This document shows positions 8,598 to 18,188 of a stretch of DNA of 64,000 nt, one piece after another. Positions within the stretch are counted from its first letter, which is position 1, and each line of letters starts with the position of its first letter. Made by a program: the position numbers and the translations under genes. Source of the DNA: an uncultured Collinsella sp. GTDB lineage: Bacteria; Actinomycetota; Coriobacteriia; Coriobacteriales; Coriobacteriaceae. The stretch is taken from positions 9,638 to 73,637 of the forward strand of contig UQZH01000003.1 of the NCBI GenBank assembly GCA_900545445.1, in the 5' to 3' direction. The notes under the pieces are model-generated. The model saw only the letters and a list, made by a program, of their open reading frames with translations. It searched no databases and had not been told where the DNA came from.

Positions 8598-9632
8598 TTA
8601 GTAGTTCATCTGGTGATAGTAGCGACGCGTGGTGAGCGGGTGGTTGCGGACGTGCTCGAGATGGCAGCTCAGGCGCTCGGTGATGGTGTAGGTGACCATC
8701 GGGGAGACGATCTTGCGGAACTCGGGGTCGCTGAACGGCAGCTCGACCTCGGCGGTGTCGAACTTGTTCACGCGGACATGGACGCCCTTCTCGTCGGCGA
8801 GCATGTGGGTGAAGTTGTCCACGCGGTCCATGAGCTTGCGGGTGTCATCCTCGCCGTAGAGCATGATGAGGCTCGTGCCCTCCTCGCACAGCTCGATGGT
8901 GCCGTGGAAGAACTCGGCGGCGTGGATGGACTTGGTCTTGATCCACTGCATCTCCTCGAGGATGCACATGGCGTAGTCGTAGGCCTCGCCCCAGAGCATG
9001 CCGGAGCCGATCACCATGTGGTAGTCGGTGTCCTTGAAGTCCTCGGCCATGGCGGCGCAGCGCTCGTCCTGGGCGTCCTTGGCCTTGATGAGGTACGGGG
9101 CGATGTTGCCGAACTCCTCCATGAAGGTGTCGTACTTGGGGAAGGCGCCGGCGTTCTTGAGGAAGCGGGCGACCAGCGTGATCTGGTAGGTGTAGATGGC
9201 CTCGCACAGGACGTCGTCCTCGGCGAAGCTGAAGAACTTGTAGTCGGCGTACTCGGTGGCCGGGGTGTTGTCGTTGGAGACGTACATCAGCGTGCGGGCG
9301 CCCTGCTCCTGGCAGAACTTGGCGGCCTCGATGATCTCGGGGGTGGTGCCGGTACGGGTGGAGAAGACGCAGACCGAGTCCTTGTTGAAGGCCTTGGGCG
9401 GGCATGCGAGGAACTCGGCGGCGATCTCGCAGTGGACGTCGACGTCGGCCGTGGTGGTCTCGACCCAGTACTTCATCGGGAGCGTGTGGGCCCAGGTGCC
9501 GCCGCAGCCGATGAAGAAGATGTTGGAATAGCCCTGCTCGCAGACCTTGTCCACGGCAGCCTCAATCTGAGGACGGAGAGCGAGGGCATCGCTCACAACC
9601 TTCTCGTAACGAGGCTCATCGAAATTGAACAT
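8598..9632 (-). CDS. Double-SIS domain sugar-phosphate isomerase/deglycase (FrlB/AgaS/GlmS-C-like), copy 1
   Basis: Two SIS domains (FFIGCGGTWA..., MVIGSGMLWG...). 344 aa from MFNFDEP with a GAAGGGA RBS. Nucleotide-identical (1 mismatch) to 16303..17337. Confidence 0.8.
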   Translation of the reverse strand: MFNFDEPRYEKVVSDALALRPQIEAAVDKVCEQGYSNIFFIGCGGTWAHTLPMKYWVETTTADVDVHCEIAAEFLACPPKAFNKDSVCVFSTRTGTTPEIIEAAKFCQEQGARTLMYVSNDNTPATEYADYKFFSFAEDDVLCEAIYTYQITLVARFLKNAGAFPKYDTFMEEFGNIAPYLIKAKDAQDERCAAMAEDFKDTDYHMVIGSGMLWGEAYDYAMCILEEMQWIKTKSIHAAEFFHGTIELCEEGTSLIMLYGEDDTRKLMDRVDNFTHMLADEKGVHVRVNKFDTAEVELPFSDPEFRKIVSPMVTYTITERLSCHLEHVRNHPLTTRRYYHQMNY

Positions 9633-9730
9633 ATCTAATATCCCTTCGTTTAATAGAGTGAAATTCGTTTCAATTGACAACTTGTCATTTCACTACGTAT
9701 TAATACTTAATGACCTAAAAAAATACCTTT

Positions 9731-10633
9731 CTAGGAAATGGAAGCTTGGCCGTCTTTCATCTCGGCGAGTTTATGCTCGAATCCAAAGCCGCCGGGTTTA
9801 AGGCAATTCTTAGCTGAATAGTCAGCAGCGAATTCCATTGCATCCCGAATGATCTCCGCATCGAGCGGTTGCTTTTTACTCCAGCCATGCGAGAGACAGC
9901 TCACAACAAACGCAGTGATATACGAATCTCCCGCGCCCATGGTGTCAAGCGCATCTACGGGTCTTATATTTCCCTGGTACCATCGGGAACCGTCAAAGAA
10001 CACAGGCCCTGCAGATCCCCGTGTAGCAATCGTGTAGCGACAACCATGCTCTATGGCCCTCTTCAATAGAACTTGAATCTGTTGATCGCTCTCGCCGGAA
10101 CAGGAAAACAGACCAAGGGTTGTAGCAGGGCAAACAAGATCGAAATATGCGTCGGTTCGATACTTATCTTTAACGGAAAAGTCGTAAACCACCACAGCGG
10201 GAAGATCTTGAACTAGGTGCACATCATCCTGCAGCTTTGCATTGACGCTGGTAAAAACCGCATCGAATCCCTGAAGAAACTTGACATCAGAATCGTTGAT
10301 ATGGGTTTTGTGCGCCCAGCAAGCCCCCGTATCGTAACCAACTTCGACACGTTCACCGTTGTAAACATTTACATCGCAAGTCTTGGTTGTTGCTTTTTCA
10401 GGCATGCATGATTGCGAAAGGTCAACGTTCAGCGAAGAAAGGGCATCGGTGATTATTCGCCCTCCCAGGTCGTTGCCGATCTCCCCAATATACGCAGCCT
10501 GTGCGCCAAGCATGCTTGCATGGGCAGCGACGTTTACGGCATTGCCACCAGGATACATAACGCCTTTGTTGAGATAGCGATCAATAACGTTGTCACCAAT
10601 TGCTGCGATTTTCACCTCAACGCCTCCCATCAC
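9731..10633 (-). CDS. PfkB-family carbohydrate kinase (fructoselysine-6-kinase/ribokinase-like)
   Basis: GG...NVA N-terminal motif and DTMGAGDSY C-terminal motif typical of the PfkB/ribokinase family. Exact start (GTG 10633 or ATG 10630) uncertain. Confidence 0.8.
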   Translation of the reverse strand: MMGGVEVKIAAIGDNVIDRYLNKGVMYPGGNAVNVAAHASMLGAQAAYIGEIGNDLGGRIITDALSSLNVDLSQSCMPEKATTKTCDVNVYNGERVEVGYDTGACWAHKTHINDSDVKFLQGFDAVFTSVNAKLQDDVHLVQDLPAVVVYDFSVKDKYRTDAYFDLVCPATTLGLFSCSGESDQQIQVLLKRAIEHGCRYTIATRGSAGPVFFDGSRWYQGNIRPVDALDTMGAGDSYITAFVVSCLSHGWSKKQPLDAEIIRDAMEFAADYSAKNCLKPGGFGFEHKLAEMKDGQASIS

Positions 10634-10645
10634 GTACGGTCTTTA

Positions 10646-11644
10646 TTAGTACTCGACCTTGCGGTAATAACGGCGGATGTCGAGCGAATGGTCACGAATT
10701 TCCTCGAAATTCTTGCTCACACGCGAGAGAATGGCATTGAGCACCACCGGAGAAAGCATCCAGCGGAATTCGTCACTGATACCCGGCAACTCATAATCAT
10801 GTGTATCGAATACGGTGAAATCATCCGCATATTGCTTACAGAAGCGTGCAACGCGCTCATCAAGAGGCCTAGTCTGCGCCTCCGTCATTGCGAGCGCGAC
10901 GCAAACGCCCGGCTCAACAAGTTCGATAGTGCCATGGAAGAACTCAGGCGATGTAACGGATTTGGTGCGCAGCCATTGGGACTCCTCGAGCACACACATG
11001 GCAAACGAATACGTGGGGCCCCACAGATTGCCAGAACCAATCCAAATCTGATACGGATCGTCCTTGTGCTTCAGAGCATATGCGCGAGCCATCTCGTCAG
11101 CGTTCTTGCCGACGGAAACGAGAGCAGCGGGGAGATTCACAAGCTCATCAGCGAAGCGATCGTAGTCATCGAAAAAGCCCCTGTTCTTGAGAATCTTTCC
11201 AATCAGAAGGTACAGCACGAGCTCCATAGGACGGCCCTGCTTATAAATCACTCCATAATCGGAAAGTTCACCAAGCGGTGAACCGTCCACGCCAAGCGTA
11301 GAGACAATGGTGCAGCCTGCGTCTTTTGCCGCCTTTGCCGCCGCGACCGTCTCTTTGGTGTCGCCCGACTTGGACGCCATGAACGCCAAGGTCCCCTTAC
11401 CGATGCGCCGATTGCCAACCGTGAGGAAATCTGCCGAAACTTGGGACTGGACGGGAATATCGGACATAACAGAAACCATATAGTCAAACGGCTGCATCAT
11501 CGCAAGCGAGCCACCTGACGAGGTGAAGAAAATCGAATCGAAACCCTTTTCGCAAATTTCGTCAGCAATGCGTTCAATTTCGGCACGTTGATTGTAGATA
11601 TAAGCACCGTTATCGAGAATTGCCTGTTCATCAAATGAAACCAT
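10646..11644 (-). CDS. Double-SIS domain FrlB-like deglycase
   Basis: SIS motifs FFTSSGGS and IWIGSGNLWG; C-terminal RRYYRKVEY shared with the other SIS paralogs. Confidence 0.8.
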   Translation of the reverse strand: MVSFDEQAILDNGAYIYNQRAEIERIADEICEKGFDSIFFTSSGGSLAMMQPFDYMVSVMSDIPVQSQVSADFLTVGNRRIGKGTLAFMASKSGDTKETVAAAKAAKDAGCTIVSTLGVDGSPLGELSDYGVIYKQGRPMELVLYLLIGKILKNRGFFDDYDRFADELVNLPAALVSVGKNADEMARAYALKHKDDPYQIWIGSGNLWGPTYSFAMCVLEESQWLRTKSVTSPEFFHGTIELVEPGVCVALAMTEAQTRPLDERVARFCKQYADDFTVFDTHDYELPGISDEFRWMLSPVVLNAILSRVSKNFEEIRDHSLDIRRYYRKVEY

Positions 11645-11692
11645 GAGATATACCTTTCTAATTCAATTGGGCCAGACGGCGAAATCAACCAT

Positions 11693-12523
11693 TTAGATTG
11701 CAAACACTCCGAAGAAGGAGCCGACGATACCAACCGCCATGAGAATAACGAGAATCCAAGCAATCTTGACCTTGTGCTGGACGAGTTCGTAAACTCCAAG
11801 TGTCACAAGCAGCGGCAGCAGGCTCGGCATGATACCGTCGATGATGCTTTGGATAGTCTGCGCACTGTCGCCGGTACCGAGAGAACCAGCCACGCTGACC
11901 GATACAAGGTTGGGCACCATAGCGCCGATAACCATAAGACCGAGAATTGCAGCCCCCATAGTAAGCTTTGGCATAAGACCAGATTTCTCGATCTTGCTCA
12001 AGAAACTGGTTCCGAATCCATAGCCCCATTTAAGGCAGAACCAACGAATCAGATAATGCGGAACATTGAATACGACAAGGAAGAGAAGCGGGCCGAGAAT
12101 GTTACCCTGCATAGCAAGCGACACACCCAAGCCAGTGGCGATGACACGCAACGTTCCCCAGAACAGAGAGTCACCGATGCCGGCCAGCGGGCTCATAAGA
12201 GCGGCCTTTACGCTGTTGATGGAGGATTCGTCAAAATCCTCTTCGTTAGCGTTTGCCTCTTCCATCGCTGCCGAAATGCCCAGAATTAATGTTGAGACAT
12301 AAGGAGTGGTGTTGAAGAACTCCATGTGACGCTTAGCAGCAGCAGCCTGGTCATCCTTATTCTTATACACGCGACGAATGATGGGAAGCATGGAGAAGCA
12401 GTATCCCATGTGCTGCTGGCGCTCGTAGTTCCAGGAGTACTCCATCGTAAGCGAACGGAAAAATACCGATTTTAGATCACGCTTTGTAATCTTGTTGGAA
12501 CTGGTGTCATTAGAAGTCGTCAT
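11693..12523 (-). CDS. PTS mannose/fructose/sorbose family IID component
   Basis: IID hallmark WNYERQQHMGY and a membrane C-terminus. Start ATG overlaps the last codons of IIC (GATGACGAC), with a GGAAGGGAG RBS. Confidence 0.85.
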   Translation of the reverse strand: MTTSNDTSSNKITKRDLKSVFFRSLTMEYSWNYERQQHMGYCFSMLPIIRRVYKNKDDQAAAAKRHMEFFNTTPYVSTLILGISAAMEEANANEEDFDESSINSVKAALMSPLAGIGDSLFWGTLRVIATGLGVSLAMQGNILGPLLFLVVFNVPHYLIRWFCLKWGYGFGTSFLSKIEKSGLMPKLTMGAAILGLMVIGAMVPNLVSVSVAGSLGTGDSAQTIQSIIDGIMPSLLPLLVTLGVYELVQHKVKIAWILVILMAVGIVGSFFGVFAI

Positions 12524-13295
12524 CGTCGAAGCTCCCTTCCGAACTAAGCTGTGGCGTCTGAGCAATGAAGTTTGGCTGGACCACCACGAGGATTACTGCG
12601 AGGCAAAGCCCAATGATGGCAATACCAAGGATTGGAATGCTCATGTAGGCACAGAGCGCAAACCCGAGCACGAAGAAAATAGCAGTCTGCTTGTTGACAA
12701 TCATTGAAGCGAGCAGTGCAATGCCGAGCGCAGGGATGAATCCACCCGCAATAACCAGGCCGTTACTTACAAACTCGGGAATTGCGTTAAGCACCGCGTT
12801 CATAACCGGCGTTCCGAGATAGAAAGCAAGGGAGCACACGAAAAAGCGAGGAAGCGATTTGACGATGAATCCACCAAGCAGATGCATCCGCTCCATACCT
12901 TTGAGGTCGCCCTTTGCCACACAGTCGTCCGCTTTATGGACGAAAAACGGCATCACGATCAGCGTAAGCGCGTTATCAATGATGAGATAAAGCGACGCAA
13001 TCGGGAAAGCGAGCGTCAGCGCAACTTCAGCGCCTTGACCCGTCGAAATTGCAAAGGCAGTGCCCAAAATACCACCGGTGATAACGTCAGGCGGAACGGC
13101 CGCCCCGATGGTAACCGATCCAATGAACACCATTTCAAGCGTGGCGCCGACAATAATGCCCGTCTGCAAATCACCCATCACAAGACCGATGAGGACGCCC
13201 GTGACAATCGGGCGAGAAGCAAGGCAAGTGCCAAGTGCCCACTCAAATGTCACGCACATTGCGACGAGGCCGATAAGGATCGCTTGAGTCAACAT
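12510..13295 (-). CDS. PTS mannose-family IIC component
   Basis: 261-aa polytopic membrane protein with the IIC core GDLQTGIIVGATLEMVFIG...AAVPPDV. Confidence 0.85.
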   Translation of the reverse strand: MLTQAILIGLVAMCVTFEWALGTCLASRPIVTGVLIGLVMGDLQTGIIVGATLEMVFIGSVTIGAAVPPDVITGGILGTAFAISTGQGAEVALTLAFPIASLYLIIDNALTLIVMPFFVHKADDCVAKGDLKGMERMHLLGGFIVKSLPRFFVCSLAFYLGTPVMNAVLNAIPEFVSNGLVIAGGFIPALGIALLASMIVNKQTAIFFVLGFALCAYMSIPILGIAIIGLCLAVILVVVQPNFIAQTPQLSSEGSFDDDDF

Positions 13296-13322
13296 GAGGG
13301 ATCCCCTTTCTATTGTATGTGC

Positions 13323-13784
13323 TTAAATCAAAATCTTCTCGTCTCTAGGTACCTGCCTGATCTCCACCTCGATTCCGGCATCACTGAGCTCATGTAGAAG
13401 CTCCACGTCGCGATCGGTAGCGAAAACCGTTGAAGATAGGCGTACATCTGCACCCTCACGCGGCTTCGTTCCTCCAATGTTGATATGCTCGATTTCGCTG
13501 TAGCCCTTTGCCAGGCGGTAAGCATCTTCGATGCTTTCAACGACAATGAACAAACGGTACTTATCGGTCACACCGCTCCTAAGAGCCTCGATAGAATCAT
13601 CGACCGATTTGATAACCAATTTGACGCCTGCCGGACGTGCCAGCTTAAGCGTCGTCTTGCGCACGTCATCTTTCACAACCGCATCGCAGGCAATCAAAAT
13701 GCAATTGGTGTCAAGCTCTTGCGTCCAAGTCATGGCAACCTGACCATGAAGCAAGCGATGGTCAACTCTCAACAGCTTAATCAT
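13323..13784 (-). CDS. PTS mannose-family IIB component
   Basis: MIKLLRVDHRLLHGQVA (phospho-His region of IIB-Man). GAAAGGAAC RBS; the ORF track gives a longer N-terminus. Confidence 0.8.
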   Translation of the reverse strand: MIKLLRVDHRLLHGQVAMTWTQELDTNCILIACDAVVKDDVRKTTLKLARPAGVKLVIKSVDDSIEALRSGVTDKYRLFIVVESIEDAYRLAKGYSEIEHINIGGTKPREGADVRLSSTVFATDRDVELLHELSDAGIEVEIRQVPRDEKILI

Positions 13785-13797
13785 CTTTGTTCCTTTC

Positions 13798-14214
13798 TCA
13801 AAAATCCTCGTCTTCTTCTGCCGAATTTGGCAGCGAACATAGGCATGTGCCCTTTTGGCGGACACTTGAAACCAATGCAGCGAGCTCGGCGTCATCAAGT
13901 GTGCTCAATTTCGAAAACACTTCGAGCACTAGTGGTAGCGACATGCCGGCAATGAGTCTTAGAGAATCGTCACCCAACCTTTCCATAAAAGCGTTATTCA
14001 CTGACCCACCATAGACATCAGTGATGACAATCCACTGGTCTGCTGGGTCGCGAGAACGGTCCCAAAAATCTATCAACTCGTTTACATCCATCGTGTCCTC
14101 ATCGACATATGCGCATAGCACCTTAACGCGAGGATCTTCACCGCAAAATAGCTGGAGCGTTTCACGCATCGCTCTAGCAAGTGGCCCATGGCTGGCCAAG
14201 AGCAACTTCCTCAT
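13798..14214 (-). CDS. PTS mannose-family IIA component
   Basis: MRKLLLASHGPLA... IIA-Man fold signature. First gene of the operon. Confidence 0.8.
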   Translation of the reverse strand: MRKLLLASHGPLARAMRETLQLFCGEDPRVKVLCAYVDEDTMDVNELIDFWDRSRDPADQWIVITDVYGGSVNNAFMERLGDDSLRLIAGMSLPLVLEVFSKLSTLDDAELAALVSSVRQKGTCLCSLPNSAEEDEDF

Positions 14215-14351
14215 TTATCTCCCAATCTCAGTCAATCATCTGTTAATAGAACGTTATATTTTGTATTGTTATCTACAGTATCCTCGAAACTTTCGCTTTG
14301 TCAAGACAGATCAATCAAGCTTCCTAAGCGGTAATAATTCGCCCGTAAACG

Positions 14352-14386
14352 GCAAAAAAACGCCCCTTTGTCGGGGCGTTTTCAAT
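14352..14386. terminator. Rho-independent terminator AAACGCCCC-TTTGT-CGGGGCGTTTT
   Basis: A-run/hairpin/T-run between the GntR gene (ends 14429) and the PTS IIA start (14214). Confidence 0.7.
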
Positions 14387-14428
14387 CTCTTGTTATTCGG
14401 TTAAGAAAGATCCGGGGTTTGGCTTTCG

Positions 14429-15133
14429 CTAGAGATAAAACTTTAAGCGCTCAGTGCAGTACACCTGCCGCGAAATAAACAATGGCACTCCCTGCGCGCT
14501 GCAACGCTTATCTACAAATAATAAAAGGGCAGATCCCGGCTTTACATTCAAATGTTCTGCCTCGTAAGCACTTGCAAAGCACACCTGCAACGTTCGCTCG
14601 TTATTGCCAAGTTCGATATGGCGTCTTCCCAGCACCTCAAGTAGAGAACCCGATAAATCTTCATGTTCCAAAAAGGCCAGAGAAGGAGTGTAGCTATTGG
14701 TTTCCAACATCGTTGGCACGCCATCGACTAAGCGCAAACGTCTAGTCTGAAGAATATTCTCGTCCTCCTGGACCTGAAGAAAACGCACGTCGCGCAGCGT
14801 AGGATAAATCCAAGCTACTTCGAGCACTACGGTAGAAGGCTTTTTATTTTCTTGAATGCAGGAATGGGTGAAGCTTTCCTGGTCATCGGCTGCATAGGCA
14901 TTGCGTGTCGTGGTAACAAAAGTCCCTTTCCCTCGCGTGCGCTCAACGATATCGGCGTCCTCTAGTTCCTTGATTGCCGATCGAACGGTAATACGACTAA
15001 CGCCATATTCCTCCATAAGCTCCGTCTCAGTAGGAAGCTTATCCCCTTCGCTATATACGCCACTTTCTATTCGACTCACAAGATCGTGAACGATCTGCTT
15101 ATACAATGGAACAGCGCTCTCCACTTTAACCAT
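14429..15133 (-). CDS. GntR/HutC-family transcriptional regulator (HTH + UTRA)
   Basis: N-terminal PLYKQI...LPTETELMEEYGVSRITVRSAIKEL GntR HTH; C-terminal UTRA-like region. Confidence 0.8.
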   Translation of the reverse strand: MVKVESAVPLYKQIVHDLVSRIESGVYSEGDKLPTETELMEEYGVSRITVRSAIKELEDADIVERTRGKGTFVTTTRNAYAADDQESFTHSCIQENKKPSTVVLEVAWIYPTLRDVRFLQVQEDENILQTRRLRLVDGVPTMLETNSYTPSLAFLEHEDLSGSLLEVLGRRHIELGNNERTLQVCFASAYEAEHLNVKPGSALLLFVDKRCSAQGVPLFISRQVYCTERLKFYL

Positions 15134-15141
15134 TATTCAAC

Positions 15142-15930
15142 CTATTGCTTTCTGCACTCAACGGCTTCAAGTCCCTGCCAGTTGATGCCGAGTTGATTAG
15201 CCTTAATCGAAAAGAAGTATTTGAAATAGTCACCCAACATCACCTGCTTAGTAAAGTGCACTGGCTTACCAGTGCTCATATAAACGGTCTCACTCAATAT
15301 AAACATCGCAGCTTCTCCTGCGATGTTAAGGATGCGCTTCTCCTCATCCGTAGCAAGCCCTGCTTCAAGCACAATAGACGGGAAACAATTATCCTCTAGT
15401 CGCAGCCCCGTCTCTCTCTCAATCGTTTCATAAAGTGATGCGTTCTCCATATCGACACCCAGTAAAAACCCGAAGTTCTTTACTGGAAGATAAATATGTT
15501 CAATCATTGCATTTATGTGATTAATTGACCTCACGCGTTTGAGGTAAACCGCAGATTCATTCTCTTCCATTCGCAAATGACGACGGACGGCAACGGGCGG
15601 CTCGACCTCCTGAAGAGCGAGAACACGAGACGAGGTTTCGATATTATTTTCATGGCAAAAATAAGTGAAACCCTTAAACGTGCTCAAGCTCGAGACGATT
15701 TTAGGCTGCCGGATAAATGTGCCTTTGCCATGACGCGTATCAAGCACGTCGTCATCCACAAGAGTTTGAATTGCCTTCCGTATCGTCGCACGGCTAACCT
15801 CGTATTCTTCGCAAAAACCATTTTCGCTAGGCAACACGCCACTTTCGGAAAACTCGCCCATCTCAATACGGCGGCGCAAATCATCAGCTACTTGTACATA
15901 TAGCGGCACAGCACTAGTCGGGTTAATCAT
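15142..15930 (-). CDS. GntR/HutC-family transcriptional regulator
   Basis: PLYVQVADDL...LPSENGFCEEYEVSRATIRKAIQTL. Tandem with 14429..15133. Confidence 0.8.
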   Translation of the reverse strand: MINPTSAVPLYVQVADDLRRRIEMGEFSESGVLPSENGFCEEYEVSRATIRKAIQTLVDDDVLDTRHGKGTFIRQPKIVSSLSTFKGFTYFCHENNIETSSRVLALQEVEPPVAVRRHLRMEENESAVYLKRVRSINHINAMIEHIYLPVKNFGFLLGVDMENASLYETIERETGLRLEDNCFPSIVLEAGLATDEEKRILNIAGEAAMFILSETVYMSTGKPVHFTKQVMLGDYFKYFFSIKANQLGINWQGLEAVECRKQ

Positions 15931-16302
15931 AACGTTCTCCGTATAACATTCTATGAAACTTCTATACGTTATAAGATAACCTATTACGTATTATTTTGAA
16001 AGAAATAGACGGTTCAATCTTATTTTTGAACCGTCTACAATATCAAACACTCCATATGAAGGTGTCGAATGCCACTTGTGGCGCAAACAAGAGGGGCATT
16101 TGGCAAAAATGCCCCATTTCGCCTTGAAGTCACTACCGTGAAATGCCAACGAGCCGCATGGTCGAGTCCAAGCAAATACGACCTCAAGCGGCCAGCTACG
16201 GCATGGCTCCCTAGAACGAGACTGCGACATTTGTTTGCATTGTTTTACGAACGCAACATAACGAATTATTTCCGAGCAAAATAACGACCGCTGAAAGCTG
16301 CT

Positions 16303-17337
16303 TTAGTAGTTCATCTGGTGGTAGTAGCGACGCGTGGTGAGCGGGTGGTTGCGGACGTGCTCGAGATGGCAGCTCAGGCGCTCGGTGATGGTGTAGGTGA
16401 CCATCGGGGAGACGATCTTGCGGAACTCGGGGTCGCTGAACGGCAGCTCGACCTCGGCGGTGTCGAACTTGTTCACGCGGACATGGACGCCCTTCTCGTC
16501 GGCGAGCATGTGGGTGAAGTTGTCCACGCGGTCCATGAGCTTGCGGGTGTCATCCTCGCCGTAGAGCATGATGAGGCTCGTGCCCTCCTCGCACAGCTCG
16601 ATGGTGCCGTGGAAGAACTCGGCGGCGTGGATGGACTTGGTCTTGATCCACTGCATCTCCTCGAGGATGCACATGGCGTAGTCGTAGGCCTCGCCCCAGA
16701 GCATGCCGGAGCCGATCACCATGTGGTAGTCGGTGTCCTTGAAGTCCTCGGCCATGGCGGCGCAGCGCTCGTCCTGGGCGTCCTTGGCCTTGATGAGGTA
16801 CGGGGCGATGTTGCCGAACTCCTCCATGAAGGTGTCGTACTTGGGGAAGGCGCCGGCGTTCTTGAGGAAGCGGGCGACCAGCGTGATCTGGTAGGTGTAG
16901 ATGGCCTCGCACAGGACGTCGTCCTCGGCGAAGCTGAAGAACTTGTAGTCGGCGTACTCGGTGGCCGGGGTGTTGTCGTTGGAGACGTACATCAGCGTGC
17001 GGGCGCCCTGCTCCTGGCAGAACTTGGCGGCCTCGATGATCTCGGGGGTGGTGCCGGTACGGGTGGAGAAGACGCAGACCGAGTCCTTGTTGAAGGCCTT
17101 GGGCGGGCATGCGAGGAACTCGGCGGCGATCTCGCAGTGGACGTCGACGTCGGCCGTGGTGGTCTCGACCCAGTACTTCATCGGGAGCGTGTGGGCCCAG
17201 GTGCCGCCGCAGCCGATGAAGAAGATGTTGGAATAGCCCTGCTCGCAGACCTTGTCCACGGCAGCCTCAATCTGAGGACGGAGAGCGAGGGCATCGCTCA
17301 CAACCTTCTCGTAACGAGGCTCATCGAAATTGAACAT
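16303..17337 (-). CDS. Double-SIS domain FrlB/AgaS-like protein, copy 2 (identical to 8598..9632)
   Basis: Identical protein. AGGAGTAAGGG RBS. Followed 3' by a hairpin/T-run at ~16011-16050. Confidence 0.8.
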   Translation of the reverse strand: MFNFDEPRYEKVVSDALALRPQIEAAVDKVCEQGYSNIFFIGCGGTWAHTLPMKYWVETTTADVDVHCEIAAEFLACPPKAFNKDSVCVFSTRTGTTPEIIEAAKFCQEQGARTLMYVSNDNTPATEYADYKFFSFAEDDVLCEAIYTYQITLVARFLKNAGAFPKYDTFMEEFGNIAPYLIKAKDAQDERCAAMAEDFKDTDYHMVIGSGMLWGEAYDYAMCILEEMQWIKTKSIHAAEFFHGTIELCEEGTSLIMLYGEDDTRKLMDRVDNFTHMLADEKGVHVRVNKFDTAEVELPFSDPEFRKIVSPMVTYTITERLSCHLEHVRNHPLTTRRYYHQMNY

Positions 17338-18188
17338 CCCTTACTCCTAACTCACTTAGATGAACCCTTCATTCATCCCATAACGTTATAATACTTTATA
17401 TAACTAACTATGCAAGTATTATTTTGATTCTGCTCTTTCATCAAGCCCCTTAAAACAACAATCGGCATTGTTGGACACAGCGTGCAAGTTCATTGAACGA
17501 TTCAATATGCATCGTCCCTAGTTAAATGACGTCTTATGCAAATACCTTTAATCCGCTTGGGGCCGACGAATCTTTTGACTGTCCGCAGAAGCTTTCCCGG
17601 AATTCCCCATGGATAGACGCACCGGCAATCGCTTTGTTATCTGGCTTATTGCGCATTGCCGGACCGTCTGGGAGAAAGTGCAATCTACCGCGTGGTCAAC
17701 TAGCGTTTCATCGGAATCGACCGCATCCGCGCCAAATACTAAATCGCAATCGTTGTAACTCGCCCGATCATATGACGGCAATTTCTCGCCTTAAAAATGA
17801 GCACGAAATAAGGGGGCAGCTGTTTGCAATTTGCTTTATTCGTAAGTGTTTTTACTGAAAAAACAATCACCAACCAAACAGCACTATTAACAGCACTATT
17901 AATTGTTTGGCTCTTTGCTGTACAGCCATCTTTCGTATACGCCTCTCGTCTATCTCTCATCTCACGGTTGGAGACGAAAGGTGTGCGGGAGTGGATAATT
18001 GGACGGCATTTGGGCCTGCGACGGATTATTTCGTCCGAAAATCCACGCTCATTTGGCGGGACACGCGGGGCCTATGCCCAATCCGCTGGCATCGTCTTCA
18101 GTTCGCCGCAGAGCCGCGGCCCCATATGGGTATACTCTCGGAGATTCGACTCGATTCGCCCCCGCTGGGGCGTCAAAGGAGACTGTAT

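Noticed and set aside
8589-9638. Plus-strand ORFs (8589..9638 and 16318..17391) across the duplicated segment
   Set aside because: Antisense to the SIS genes, with identical low-complexity G/V/A/D-rich translations and no SIS or other domain.
17907-18188. N-terminal 94-aa extension of the M16 peptidase ORF
   Set aside because: The extension runs through intergenic repeat motifs, has no RBS and no signal-peptide character. A canonical AAGGAG-ATG start at 18189 aligns with the peptidase N-terminus.
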